This document shows positions 1-7,062 of a DNA stretch of 64,000 nucleotides, in pieces (within the stretch, counting starts at the first letter, position 1; every line of letters begins with the position of its first letter). The notes beneath the pieces are model-generated. The model saw only the letters and a list, made by a program, of their open reading frames with translations, was not told where the DNA came from and did not search any database. The position numbers and the translations under genes are program-made. The DNA is from an uncultured Alphaproteobacteria bacterium. GTDB taxonomy: Bacteria; Pseudomonadota; Alphaproteobacteria; Rhizobiales; Xanthobacteraceae. The DNA is taken from contig CAWFBB010000015.1 of NCBI GenBank assembly GCA_963813825.1, positions 22,702-86,701 on the forward strand, written 5' to 3'.

Positions 1-2
1 TA

Positions 3-626
3 TTTTCACCCACCGCTGCTACTTCTGATGAGACCTGCAGGAGCCTGGACAGTGATTACGAAGGTTGGGTCCTTCCTCCCGGCATCACAGCGCTTGGTGG
101 ACTGTTGGCAGGTTATCCTGATCGTTTTGGCCGGTCTGTACTAACGACGAATTTTGATCCGCTTCTGGAGGTATCGATAAGCAAGTCCGGCGGACACTTC
201 TTCAGAACTGTTCTGCATCGCGATGGCGACCTTACTCAAACAGAGGGCACCGGGTGTCACGTAATCCACTTGCATGGTTATTGGTATGACGCGGCACTCA
301 TCTGTTACAGGAAATCGGCAATTTTGCTGGAGAAGGATCAAGAATTAAATCATGTAGAGAACAAAGCGTTCGCGAGAAAATGGATCGGTGAATTGCTTAT
401 TTATAAAGGCGAGTTCTGTTTGGCAAAAACTTTCTTAGATGCATCCCGATCTAAATGGGAAATTATTTCCCCTCCACGAGTTGCGGAGATTGACCGCGTT
501 CTTGGTTCCATTCGGGACAAGATAGCGGAATGTAAGCTATTGATTGGCGAAGACATCGAGAGATTTTGTATCGCGTGGATATTCGGGCGTGACACCGAGT
601 TTGAAACGCTGAATGAAGAAAAATGA
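3..626 (+). CDS. SIR2-like (SIR2_2-type) domain protein, C-terminal part; 5' end lies outside the window
   Basis: The frame is open from nt 3; track ORF 105..626 is only the part after an internal TTG. It contains LTTNFDPLLE and VIHLHGYW, resembling the TTNYDxLLE and hLHG motifs of SIR2_2 / defence-type sirtuin-like domains. The distal half (about 300-626) is visibly AT-richer than the rest of the window. Confidence 0.5.
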   Translation, partial: FSPTAATSDETCRSLDSDYEGWVLPPGITALGGLLAGYPDRFGRSVLTTNFDPLLEVSISKSGGHFFRTVLHRDGDLTQTEGTGCHVIHLHGYWYDAALICYRKSAILLEKDQELNHVENKAFARKWIGELLIYKGEFCLAKTFLDASRSKWEIISPPRVAEIDRVLGSIRDKIAECKLLIGEDIERFCIAWIFGRDTEFETLNEEK

Positions 627-631
627 CGCCT

Positions 632-780
632 TTACAACCGACCAACGGCCGCTTGCTCTTTTTCTCGCGCGTCACTTTGACCAGCGCCTCGCCGTCGAGC
701 GTCGCCCAGCGGCCGACCTTGCACACCCAGGTGAGCCGCGTCGCGAATTTTCCGGATCAAGTCCAGCGATGACGAAATGG
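632..780 (-). pseudogene. Decayed 3'-terminal fragment of a MaoC-like hydratase gene (paralog of 2964..3437)
   Basis: The nucleotides align by eye with 2964-3110. The translation RLTWVCKVGRWATLDGEALVKVTREKKSKRP compares with RLTCVCKVGRQVVLDGEALVKVPREEKGKRP in the intact gene. There is an upstream in-frame stop, the native stop is out of frame, and no N-terminal hot-dog part is present. Confidence 0.6.
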
Positions 781-880
781 TGTGAGTGTGATCGGCGCCG
801 GATGGCAATGCGGAAGGGCCGTGGGTCCGCTTTCATCGCGACAAACTGACAAGTAGACTGGGCTCAGGGAGAAAAACGCC

Positions 881-1717
881 ATGCCCCCGTCTGCTGCCGC
901 GGCCGCTGCGTCAGCCGATCTCGACGCCATCGCCGCGGAGGTCTTCGCGACGCTCGGCGCCGGCCGGCAGATTGCGCCGTTCACATCGCGGCCGGCGGGG
1001 CTGCCGCTCGGCGAGTCCTATCGCGTCAGCGCCAAACTCAACGCGCTGCGCGAGCGGCGCGGCGAAAGGCGGCGCGGCCGCAAGATCGGCTTCACCAATC
1101 GCACCATCTGGGCGCAGTACGGCGTCTATGCGCCGATCTGGGGTCATGTCTACGACACGACCGTGCACGATCTCGCCGACACACCGGTCTTGCCGCTCGA
1201 TGCGTTCGCCGAGCCGCGCATCGAGCCGGAAATCGTGTTCGGCCTTCGCGCCGCGCCGGCGCCGGACATGGACGAGGCCGCGCTGTTGTCGTGTCTCGAT
1301 TGGGTCGCGCATGGTTTCGAGATCGTGCAGTCGATTTATCCGCAATGGACATTCGCGGCGCCCGACACGATCGCCTGCAACGGACTGCACGGTGCGCTTT
1401 TGATCGGGACGCGCCATGCGATCGCGCCGCGCGCCAAGGCGTGGCGGGATATGCTGCCGCACTTCGCCATCGATCTGTTCTGCAACGGCGACATGATCGA
1501 TCGCGGCAGCGCCGCCAATGTGATGGAAGGGCCGGTGTCGGCGCTTCGTTATCTGGCCGCCCTCCTCGCTGGCGACACGGACAATCCTCCGCTCGCCGCC
1601 GGCGAGATCGTCACCACGGGCACGCTGACGCGCGCCATGCCGGTCAAAGCCGGCGAAACCTGGACGACGGCGCTGCGGGGCATTCCGCTCGACGGCATCG
1701 GTTTGCGCTTTACGTGA
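881..1717 (+). CDS. 2-keto-4-pentenoate hydratase / FAH-family hydratase-decarboxylase-like protein
   Basis: 278 aa with a GGGAG RBS. The GRKIGFTNRTIWAQYGV motif and overall layout resemble the MhpD/HpcG hydratase family. Confidence 0.72.
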   Translation: MPPSAAAAAASADLDAIAAEVFATLGAGRQIAPFTSRPAGLPLGESYRVSAKLNALRERRGERRRGRKIGFTNRTIWAQYGVYAPIWGHVYDTTVHDLADTPVLPLDAFAEPRIEPEIVFGLRAAPAPDMDEAALLSCLDWVAHGFEIVQSIYPQWTFAAPDTIACNGLHGALLIGTRHAIAPRAKAWRDMLPHFAIDLFCNGDMIDRGSAANVMEGPVSALRYLAALLAGDTDNPPLAAGEIVTTGTLTRAMPVKAGETWTTALRGIPLDGIGLRFT

Positions 1718-1757
1718 AGGACGGGTTCGCGGTCGGGAGACGATCAGTGAGGATTCA

Positions 1758-2351
1758 ATGAAACTGATTTGGAGAATCGGCAGGTCTCAAGCCAGCAGTC
1801 GCCGCGCCGGTGTCACCGCCGCGCTCGGTATTCTGCTGGTGGGCGGCCTTCTGCTCGCCCGGCTTTCGCCGCTGGCGGCCGACGCGGGAGACAAGACCGG
1901 CTGGTCCGTATTGACCGATCCGCGCAAACGCGCGTTCCTGATTTTCGTGCCGGCCAACGGCGCCCCGCGGCTGCTCAACATCGCATGCCTGCGCGACGTC
2001 GATAGTCTCTCGGTCATTTCGGAAGGCGTTGCCGGCGCCCTGCCCTCCGGCGCGGCGATGCTGACAGTCAGCAACGGCAACGCCCGCTACGATATTGCAG
2101 GCCGCATCGCACCGGACCCGATCAGCAATCTGCCGACATTGACATTCACCGGCGATGTCGCCGAGGACGCCAAAACCCTGAGCGGCATCGCGGCCAAGCT
2201 GCTTCCGGTGCTCCAGGGATCCGGGCCGATCCTCTACGCCATCAGCGCCGGCAGCACGCCCCCCGACCTATCGAAAAACCCGACTTCGATCCCGGTCGCC
2301 GGGTTGGCCGCACCGCTGACAAAATTCAAGTCCATCTGCTTCGGGAAATGA
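1758..2351 (+). CDS. Hypothetical secreted protein (N-terminal signal/anchor)
   Basis: 197 aa ORF with a hydrophobic N-terminal segment (AALGILLVGGLLLARL) and high GC3. No family recognised. Confidence 0.5.
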   Translation: MKLIWRIGRSQASSRRAGVTAALGILLVGGLLLARLSPLAADAGDKTGWSVLTDPRKRAFLIFVPANGAPRLLNIACLRDVDSLSVISEGVAGALPSGAAMLTVSNGNARYDIAGRIAPDPISNLPTLTFTGDVAEDAKTLSGIAAKLLPVLQGSGPILYAISAGSTPPDLSKNPTSIPVAGLAAPLTKFKSICFGK

Positions 2352-2391
2352 TGCTGCTGCCGTCAGGCGGCGGAGCCGAAGGGTCGTAAAA

Positions 2392-2559
2392 ATGGGGAAA
2401 CAGGCCGCAGCCATCCTTTATGTGCTGGCGATGGCCGCCGTCATCGTCGGTGTCGATGTCCTGTTCTTCAGAAACCAGTTCTGGCCAAGGCTGATGGCGA
2501 ATGTCGGCATTGTCCTGGTGTTCGGCGCGTTCTACTTGAGATTTGTCGGGCTTCCGTGA
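2392..2559 (+). CDS. Small membrane protein (55 aa, two hydrophobic helices)
   Basis: Not in the ORF track because it is under 60 aa. ATG at 2392 translates to MGKQAAAILYVLAMAAVIVGVDVLFFRNQFWPRLMANVGIVLVFGAFYLRFVGLP, with a stop at 2557-2559. Confidence 0.4.
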   Translation: MGKQAAAILYVLAMAAVIVGVDVLFFRNQFWPRLMANVGIVLVFGAFYLRFVGLP

Positions 2560-2577
2560 CCACAGCGCTCTACGCTT

Positions 2578-2754
2578 TCACGTCTCGATCTTGCTCAGCA
2601 CGGCCTGCATCTGCTCCAGCACCTCGCGAGTCTTCTCCGCGTAGAACGCGTTCACCACATCGCTGATCGCCTGCACCTTCGGGTCGAGCGGGTTGATGCC
2701 CGCGGCCACGAGGCGAGCATGAAGCTCCTTGAGCACTTCGTCTTTCTCGAACAT
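2578..2754 (-). CDS. Small hypothetical protein (58 aa)
   Basis: Not in the track. ATG is preceded by GGAGG. The translation is MFEKDEVLKELHARLVAAGINPLDPKVQAISDVVNAFYAEKTREVLEQMQAVLSKIET, with GC3-rich codons. Confidence 0.45.
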   Translation of the reverse strand: MFEKDEVLKELHARLVAAGINPLDPKVQAISDVVNAFYAEKTREVLEQMQAVLSKIET

Positions 2755-2827
2755 CTCGCCTCCGGTTTTTGGGCCGTTACGATATTACGACATTATATGG
2801 CGTGCGCCGGGCATCCACGTCTAAACC

Positions 2828-2935
2828 GTCATCCTGAGGTGCTCGGCGCGAAGCAGCGAGCCTCGAAGGATGCGCGGCCGAGGCGCCGGGGCCGTCGTCC
2901 TTCGAGGCTCGCTGCGCTCGCACCTCAGGATGACG
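2828..2935. repeat. REP-like long palindromic element (type B: gtcatcctgaggtgc ... gcacctcaggatgac)
   Basis: Terminal 15-nt perfect inverted repeats plus an internal inverted pair (gcgagcctcgaaggatg / gtccttcgaggctcgc). Intergenic. Confidence 0.7.
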
Positions 2936-2963
2936 GGGAACTAATGCTGCTCTCCCCGCTCCC

Positions 2964-3437
2964 TTACAACCGCATCATCGGCCGCTTGCCCTTTTCCTCG
3001 CGCGGCACTTTCACCAGCGCTTCGCCATCGAGCACCACCTGGCGCCCGACTTTGCACACGCAGGTCAGCCGCGCGCGGGATTTTTCCGGCATCAGTTCGG
3101 CCACGGTGACGATCACCGTGACGGTGTCGCCGATCTTCACCGGGGCGCGGAAATTGAGCGTCTGTGAAATGTAGATCGCGCCGGGTCCCGGCAGCCGCGT
3201 GCCGAGCACCGCCGAGATCAGGCTCGCGGTGTAGAGGCCGTGGGCGATGCGCCGGCCGAACGGCGTCCGCGCGGCAAAATGCTCGGACAGATGGATCGGA
3301 TTGCGGTCACCGGTGAGCTGCGCGAAGCCGACCACGTCGGATGCGGCGATGGTCTTCTTCAGCCGCTCGGTCATGCCGACCTTGAGGTCGTCGAAGAACA
3401 GGCTGCGCAGCGGCGGCAGGCTGGACGGAAGCGGCAT
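2964..3437 (-). CDS. MaoC-like (R)-specific enoyl-CoA hydratase / dehydratase (hot-dog fold)
   Basis: 157 aa. The GDRNPIHLSEHFAARTPFGRRIAHG motif is typical of the MaoC dehydratase domain. Confidence 0.85.
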   Translation of the reverse strand: MPLPSSLPPLRSLFFDDLKVGMTERLKKTIAASDVVGFAQLTGDRNPIHLSEHFAARTPFGRRIAHGLYTASLISAVLGTRLPGPGAIYISQTLNFRAPVKIGDTVTVIVTVAELMPEKSRARLTCVCKVGRQVVLDGEALVKVPREEKGKRPMMRL

Positions 3438-3458
3438 GGGGATGTTTTAGCATGTCTC

Positions 3459-3550
3459 GTCATTGCGAGCGCAGCGAAGCAATCCAGCGCTTAATGCACA
3501 CCGCCCCTGGATCAAGGCGCCGGGGCCGTCGTCCTTCAAGGCTCGCCATA
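3459..3550. repeat. Chimeric REP-like element (left half type A gtcattgcgagcgcagcgaagcaatccag, right half type B ggcgccggggccgtcgtccttcaaggctcgc)
   Basis: The left arm matches the repeats at 57560, 60352 and 61131. The right part matches the inner half of the repeat at 2828-2935. Confidence 0.6.
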
Positions 3551-3705
3551 GCGCGTCGCAGACGCGCGTGAGCGCGCCAGTGGCTCGCTGCAAAACCACA
3601 GAAACCAGCGATTAGCAGGCACAACTTTGCTTTTCGCGAATCTTTTCCTGGAGTGAAACGTATTGGCCGTGCGCGGCGCAGCGAATCAAATCGCGTAACC
3701 GCGCG

Positions 3706-3760
3706 ATTTATTTGAATAAATCAAAAACGCTTTGACAGCGTCTTTGTTATTTGAATAAAG
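3706..3760 (+). promoter_or_regulatory. Candidate promoter with two palindromic operators (copy 1)
   Basis: TTGACA lies at 3732-3737, with AATAAA/ATAAAG 16-17 nt downstream. It is flanked by ATTTATT-TG-AATAAAT (3706-3721) and TTATT-TG-AATAA (3747-3758). The whole block is conserved in the second copy (60910-60964, minus strand). Confidence 0.45.
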
Positions 3761-3766
3761 GCACCC

Positions 3767-4169
3767 ATCCCGCTCATCGTGAGGGACGTCAACCGGAGAC
3801 GCGGACTGACGGAGCGGGTGCGGTTCCTGCGAGCGGAGTTCGTCACTCTTTGCTCGCAGGCGGCCTGGGCATCGTACCGTCCGGTGGCTTGACCGGACTG
3901 TGAGGTGCTCACTGCACTGGCGCCGGAGAGGGTCCTCCCGTTTGGATCCGGTGATTCCAGGAAGCGCGGCCCGGGCCGAGTTTGGGATGGAGAGTCCCTG
4001 GCGCATGACCGCGGAGGAGCGCCGGAAGGCGAGCGGTCCTCTTACAGGATCGCGGCCACGTCAGGGGCTTGGTTTTCCGGACGCGGCTACCTTGGACTTT
4101 GGTGCGCCGTTCGGCGCTCCGCCTCCCTCGTTAAGGGGGCAAAAGAAACGCCTCGCTTCCGTTTGAGGC
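3767..4169 (+). ncRNA. Candidate ~400-nt structured RNA of unknown class (copy 1 of 2)
   Basis: There is no credible ORF. The sequence has dense local hairpins, for example 3769-3775/3812-3818 and 3827-3834/3852-3859, and a terminal hairpin at 4150-4169. It is repeated at 60498-60906 on the minus strand, with pairing-preserving substitutions between copies. The ends are approximate. Confidence 0.5.
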
Positions 4170-4395
4170 AAAGCCATTACAACGCCTGACAACTGCACAG
4201 CGCAAGCGCGCTGCGAGAACGGGAAAGCGCGTCATTCGCTGTGGGACGCCGCCAGACATCGGTATAACTGTGCCAGGCGCCAGTCACGCGCGAATGATCC
4301 CGGCGGTACCCGGGTGCGGCTTTACGGCGGGTTCCGGCGCGCCGCGGGCCGGAACGAGGAAATAAGTAACGCGTTGAGGTGATTGGAGGACTTTC

Positions 4396-5517
4396 TTGCC
4401 AGGATCGAAACTTTCAACCGCCGAGCGGCGCGCGGCCCTGATTGCCACAGGGCTCCTGGATTCGCCCGCCGAAGCATCCTTCGATCGCGTCACCAGCCTG
4501 GTCAGCCGCATCCTCTCCGTTCCGGTCGCACTGGTGTCGCTGGTCGACATCGACCGGCAGTTCTTCAAGAGCAGCACCGGGCTGCCCGAACCCTGGGCCA
4601 GCAACCGGCAGACGCCGCTGAGCCATTCGTTCTGCCAGCACGTCGTCACCAGCGGCCAGCCGCTCGTGGTCGAGGACGCGCGCGATCATCCCGTGGTCGG
4701 TACCAATCACGCCGTCGGCGAGCTCGGCGTGCTCGCCTATCTCGGCGTGCCGCTGACGACGCCGCAGGGTCATGTGCTCGGTTCGCTGTGCGCCATCGAC
4801 GCCAAAGTGCGGCCATGGAGCGACCAGGATGTGCGCACGATGCGCGATCTCGCCGAAATCGTCATGCGCGAAGTCGCCTTGCACCACGAGATCAAGCAGC
4901 GCGAATACGCCGAGCGGCAGCAGCACTTGCTGAACGCGGAGCTGCACCATCGCGTCAAGAATACGCTCACGGTGGTGCAAAGCCTGGTCGAGCTCTCGAT
5001 CCGCCACACCCAAAGCCTCGATGCGTTCCGCGAAAGCATCACCGGCCGCATCGCCTCGCTGGCGAAGACGCACACGCTGCTGGTCGAGGGCGAGTGGCTG
5101 TCGGTATCGCTGCGTCCGATGATCGACGGCGAACTGGAAGCGCACGAGGCCGCCAACCGCATCTCCGCCAACGGCGAAGACGTGCTGTTGCCGTCGCGCA
5201 GCGCGGTCGCGATCGGCATGGCGGTGCACGAGCTGATCACCAACGCCGTCAAATACGGCGCGCTCTCGGTGCCCGAAGGTCACGTCACGATCAGGTGGAC
5301 GACGGTGCCCAAGGCCGATGGCGACTGGCTGCTGCTCGACTGGTTCGAAGCCGACGGCCCGACGGTGCTGCCGCCAACCAACCGCGGCTTCGGCAGCGTG
5401 CTGCTCGACCGCGTGCTCAGCCCCGAACTCAACGGCAAGATCACCATGGACTTCGCGCCCGCGGGTTTGCGCGCGCGGATCGAGGCATTGTTGCCGAAGA
5501 CGGTGGGCGGTATTTGA
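4396..5517 (+). CDS. GAF-domain sensor histidine kinase, HWE/HisKA_2 family
   Basis: 373 aa; TTG start with GGAGG 7 nt upstream. It has an N-terminal GAF-like region, the H-box HHRVKNTL, and a C-terminal WFEADGP (HWE-type) motif. Confidence 0.88.
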   Translation: MPGSKLSTAERRAALIATGLLDSPAEASFDRVTSLVSRILSVPVALVSLVDIDRQFFKSSTGLPEPWASNRQTPLSHSFCQHVVTSGQPLVVEDARDHPVVGTNHAVGELGVLAYLGVPLTTPQGHVLGSLCAIDAKVRPWSDQDVRTMRDLAEIVMREVALHHEIKQREYAERQQHLLNAELHHRVKNTLTVVQSLVELSIRHTQSLDAFRESITGRIASLAKTHTLLVEGEWLSVSLRPMIDGELEAHEAANRISANGEDVLLPSRSAVAIGMAVHELITNAVKYGALSVPEGHVTIRWTTVPKADGDWLLLDWFEADGPTVLPPTNRGFGSVLLDRVLSPELNGKITMDFAPAGLRARIEALLPKTVGGI

Positions 5518-5567
5518 GTGAGTTGTTCGCTCACCAATGACGGCGCTGGCGACAAACGGAGACCGGC

Positions 5568-6005
5568 ATGAAACCGATCAGTGGTCGCTGCCTGTGCGGC
5601 GGCATCACGTTCGAGATCGCCGGTCCGCTGCTCGGTCCGCTGAACTGCCACTGCTCGCAATGCCGCAAGCAGCATGGCGCCGCGTTTCGCAGCCGCGTTC
5701 GTGTCGCGGCCAACGATTTCCGCTGGCTCCAAGGCGAGCACCTGATCAAATATTACGAAAGCCCGCGCGGCTATCAGCGCGGCTTCTGTGGCGAGTGCGG
5801 CTCGCCGATCATCAACCGCGCCGGGCCGAACTGGAAACCGCCCGCCGAATTTCCCGTCACCGCGCCGCAATACGGCATCGCACTCGCGCTGCTCGACGAT
5901 CCGCCAGTGCGGCCGGAGCTTCACTGTTTCGTCGCCAGTAAGGCACCGTGGTTCGAGATCACCGACGATCTGCCGCAATATGCAGAATACCCGCCGCCCG
6001 GTTGA
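5568..6005 (+). CDS. GFA-family protein (CENP-V/glutathione-dependent formaldehyde-activating domain)
   Basis: 145 aa with the zinc-binding cysteine pattern GRCLCGG...CHCSQCRK...CGECGS. Confidence 0.85.
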   Translation: MKPISGRCLCGGITFEIAGPLLGPLNCHCSQCRKQHGAAFRSRVRVAANDFRWLQGEHLIKYYESPRGYQRGFCGECGSPIINRAGPNWKPPAEFPVTAPQYGIALALLDDPPVRPELHCFVASKAPWFEITDDLPQYAEYPPPG

Positions 6006-6077
6006 GCCAGCGAAGGACTTGGATTGCCGCCCGATGACGACTACGTGCAAGCGTCCAACAATGGCGGGATACCAATC

Positions 6078-6431
6078 ATGAGCGATGACGGCCTCATCAC
6101 GGTCGCAAGCCGTTTCCCGGTGCGCGAAACCATGGATCGCCTGTTGGCGGCGCTGCCGGCGCGAAACATGACCGTGTTTGCTCGCATCGACCATGCCGCC
6201 GGCGCCGCGGCTGTTGGGCTGTCGTTGCGTCCGACCGAAGTGGTGATCTTCGGCAATCCCAAAGGCGGCACGGTGCTGATGCAGGACGATCAGCGTGTCG
6301 GCCTCGATCTGCCGCTCAAAGTTCTGGTGTGGGAAGGCGACGCCGGCAAAACGTTCGTTACCTATAGCGATCCCGCGTGCGACGGCGCGGCGGTATTTAC
6401 ATCGGCCATCCGGCCGCGATCGAGGCAATGA
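6078..6431 (+). CDS. DUF302 domain protein (3' end possibly frame-disturbed)
   Basis: The start was chosen at MSDDGLITV. PTEVVIFGNPKGGTVLM and LDLPLKVLVWE are typical of DUF302. The tail CDGAAVFTSAIRPRSRQ looks unnatural, while another frame reads GHPAAIEAMIAVLKAIVAAATA and stops at 6472. Confidence 0.72.
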   Translation: MSDDGLITVASRFPVRETMDRLLAALPARNMTVFARIDHAAGAAAVGLSLRPTEVVIFGNPKGGTVLMQDDQRVGLDLPLKVLVWEGDAGKTFVTYSDPACDGAAVFTSAIRPRSRQ

Positions 6432-6497
6432 TTGCGGTGCTCAAAGCAATCGTCGCGGCGGCGACGGCCTAGCATGCACTCAAGCGGCGACCGACAA

Positions 6498-6710
6498 TCA
6501 GTTGTTGCCGCCGCGGTCGGTGTCGTTGGCGTTGGCGTCCTGGATCGCTTCGTCGTGATACCAACTGTTGCCGCCCGACACGAGCTTCACGCCGCGCGGC
6601 AATTGCACGTCCGCCGGGGCGGCAGAATTTCGGTCGTCGATGCGCAGCGCAAAACGGCCGCGCGGCGGGAAGGTGAAAATCTTGGCTGATCCTGCAATGG
6701 GGGTGGTCAT
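6498..6710 (-). CDS. Small conserved hypothetical protein (DUF2735-like)
   Basis: 70 aa. The motifs SAKIFTFPPRGRFA and GNSWYHDEAIQD resemble the alphaproteobacterial DUF2735 family as I remember it. Confidence 0.55.
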   Translation of the reverse strand: MTTPIAGSAKIFTFPPRGRFALRIDDRNSAAPADVQLPRGVKLVSGGNSWYHDEAIQDANANDTDRGGNN

Positions 6711-6942
6711 TGGTCGGCTCCTTCGCCGTGCGCGCTGTTCAACAAACGCGCATCAAATGAGTTTCCTGATTCGGTCTTAATATAATCCTCTGCCGTTAAA
6801 TTGCTCGGAATGCCTCACAGAATATCAGCGCATGGCTACAATATGTGCATCCGTGTTTTTGCTTATCCGAATTGCAGAAGTTCTGTAGCGAACCGTTGAG
6901 ATTTCGCCGCGTGCACCGCACAAGACGCGAAAACGGTTTGAT

Positions 6943-6959
6943 TGGCACAGGAAATGCTT
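6943..6959 (+). promoter_or_regulatory. Sigma54 (-24/-12) promoter upstream of glnII
   Basis: TGGCACaggaaaTGCTT has GG and GC spaced exactly as in the consensus TGGCAC-N5-TTGCW. It lies about 105 nt upstream of the glnII ATG. Possible NtrC half-sites (TGCACC at 6912, TGCATC at 6855) are not confirmed. Confidence 0.7.
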
Positions 6960-7062
6960 GAAAGCGGCGGCGGCGGCGCCGCGGCTGCCTCAATTATCGC
7001 CGCGGCTCATTGTTGGGCACGCGTTCTGCGTGCTCGCCACATCAGTCAACAGAGAGACGCCA

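Noticed and set aside
3712-3724. A possible FNR/FixK box within the first operator (TTGA-ATAAA-TCAA).
   Set aside because: The spacer is 5 nt, whereas the FixK/FNR consensus TTGAT-N4-ATCAA requires TTGA-N6-TCAA.
3622-4170. Whether the repeated element is RNase P RNA, two-piece tmRNA, 6S/SRP RNA, a cobalamin riboswitch or group II intron domains.
   Set aside because: - There is no GGAAAGTCCGG / ACAGAACCCGGCTTA-type RNase P core.
- There is no tRNA-like GGTTCGA T-arm or ANDN-type tag frame.
- CCGGTGATTCC superficially resembles the cobalamin GGTGAAAATCC core, but no GCCACTG or B12 box follows.
- There is no domain V-like AGC...GNRA hairpin.

These comparisons are from memory only. An Rfam scan is still needed.
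3686-4189. ORFs inside the repeated element: 3686..4006, 3721..3912, 3900..4166 and 3905..4189, plus their counterparts at 60487..60949.
   Set aside because: They are Arg/Ser/Pro-rich. Their frames are not conserved between the two copies because of indels. Substitutions between copies do not favour third codon positions.
4383-6428. Long ORFs 4383..5540 (+), 4414..5283 (-) and 5280..6428 (-) overlapping the kinase, GFA and DUF302 genes.
   Set aside because: Their composition is Arg/Ala/Pro-rich nonsense. The alternative frames contain clear family motifs (HWE kinase H-box, GFA cysteines, DUF302).
6796-6993. A 65-aa minus-strand ORF in the glnII leader.
   Set aside because: It overlaps the sigma54 promoter, has no RBS, and its composition is basic low complexity.
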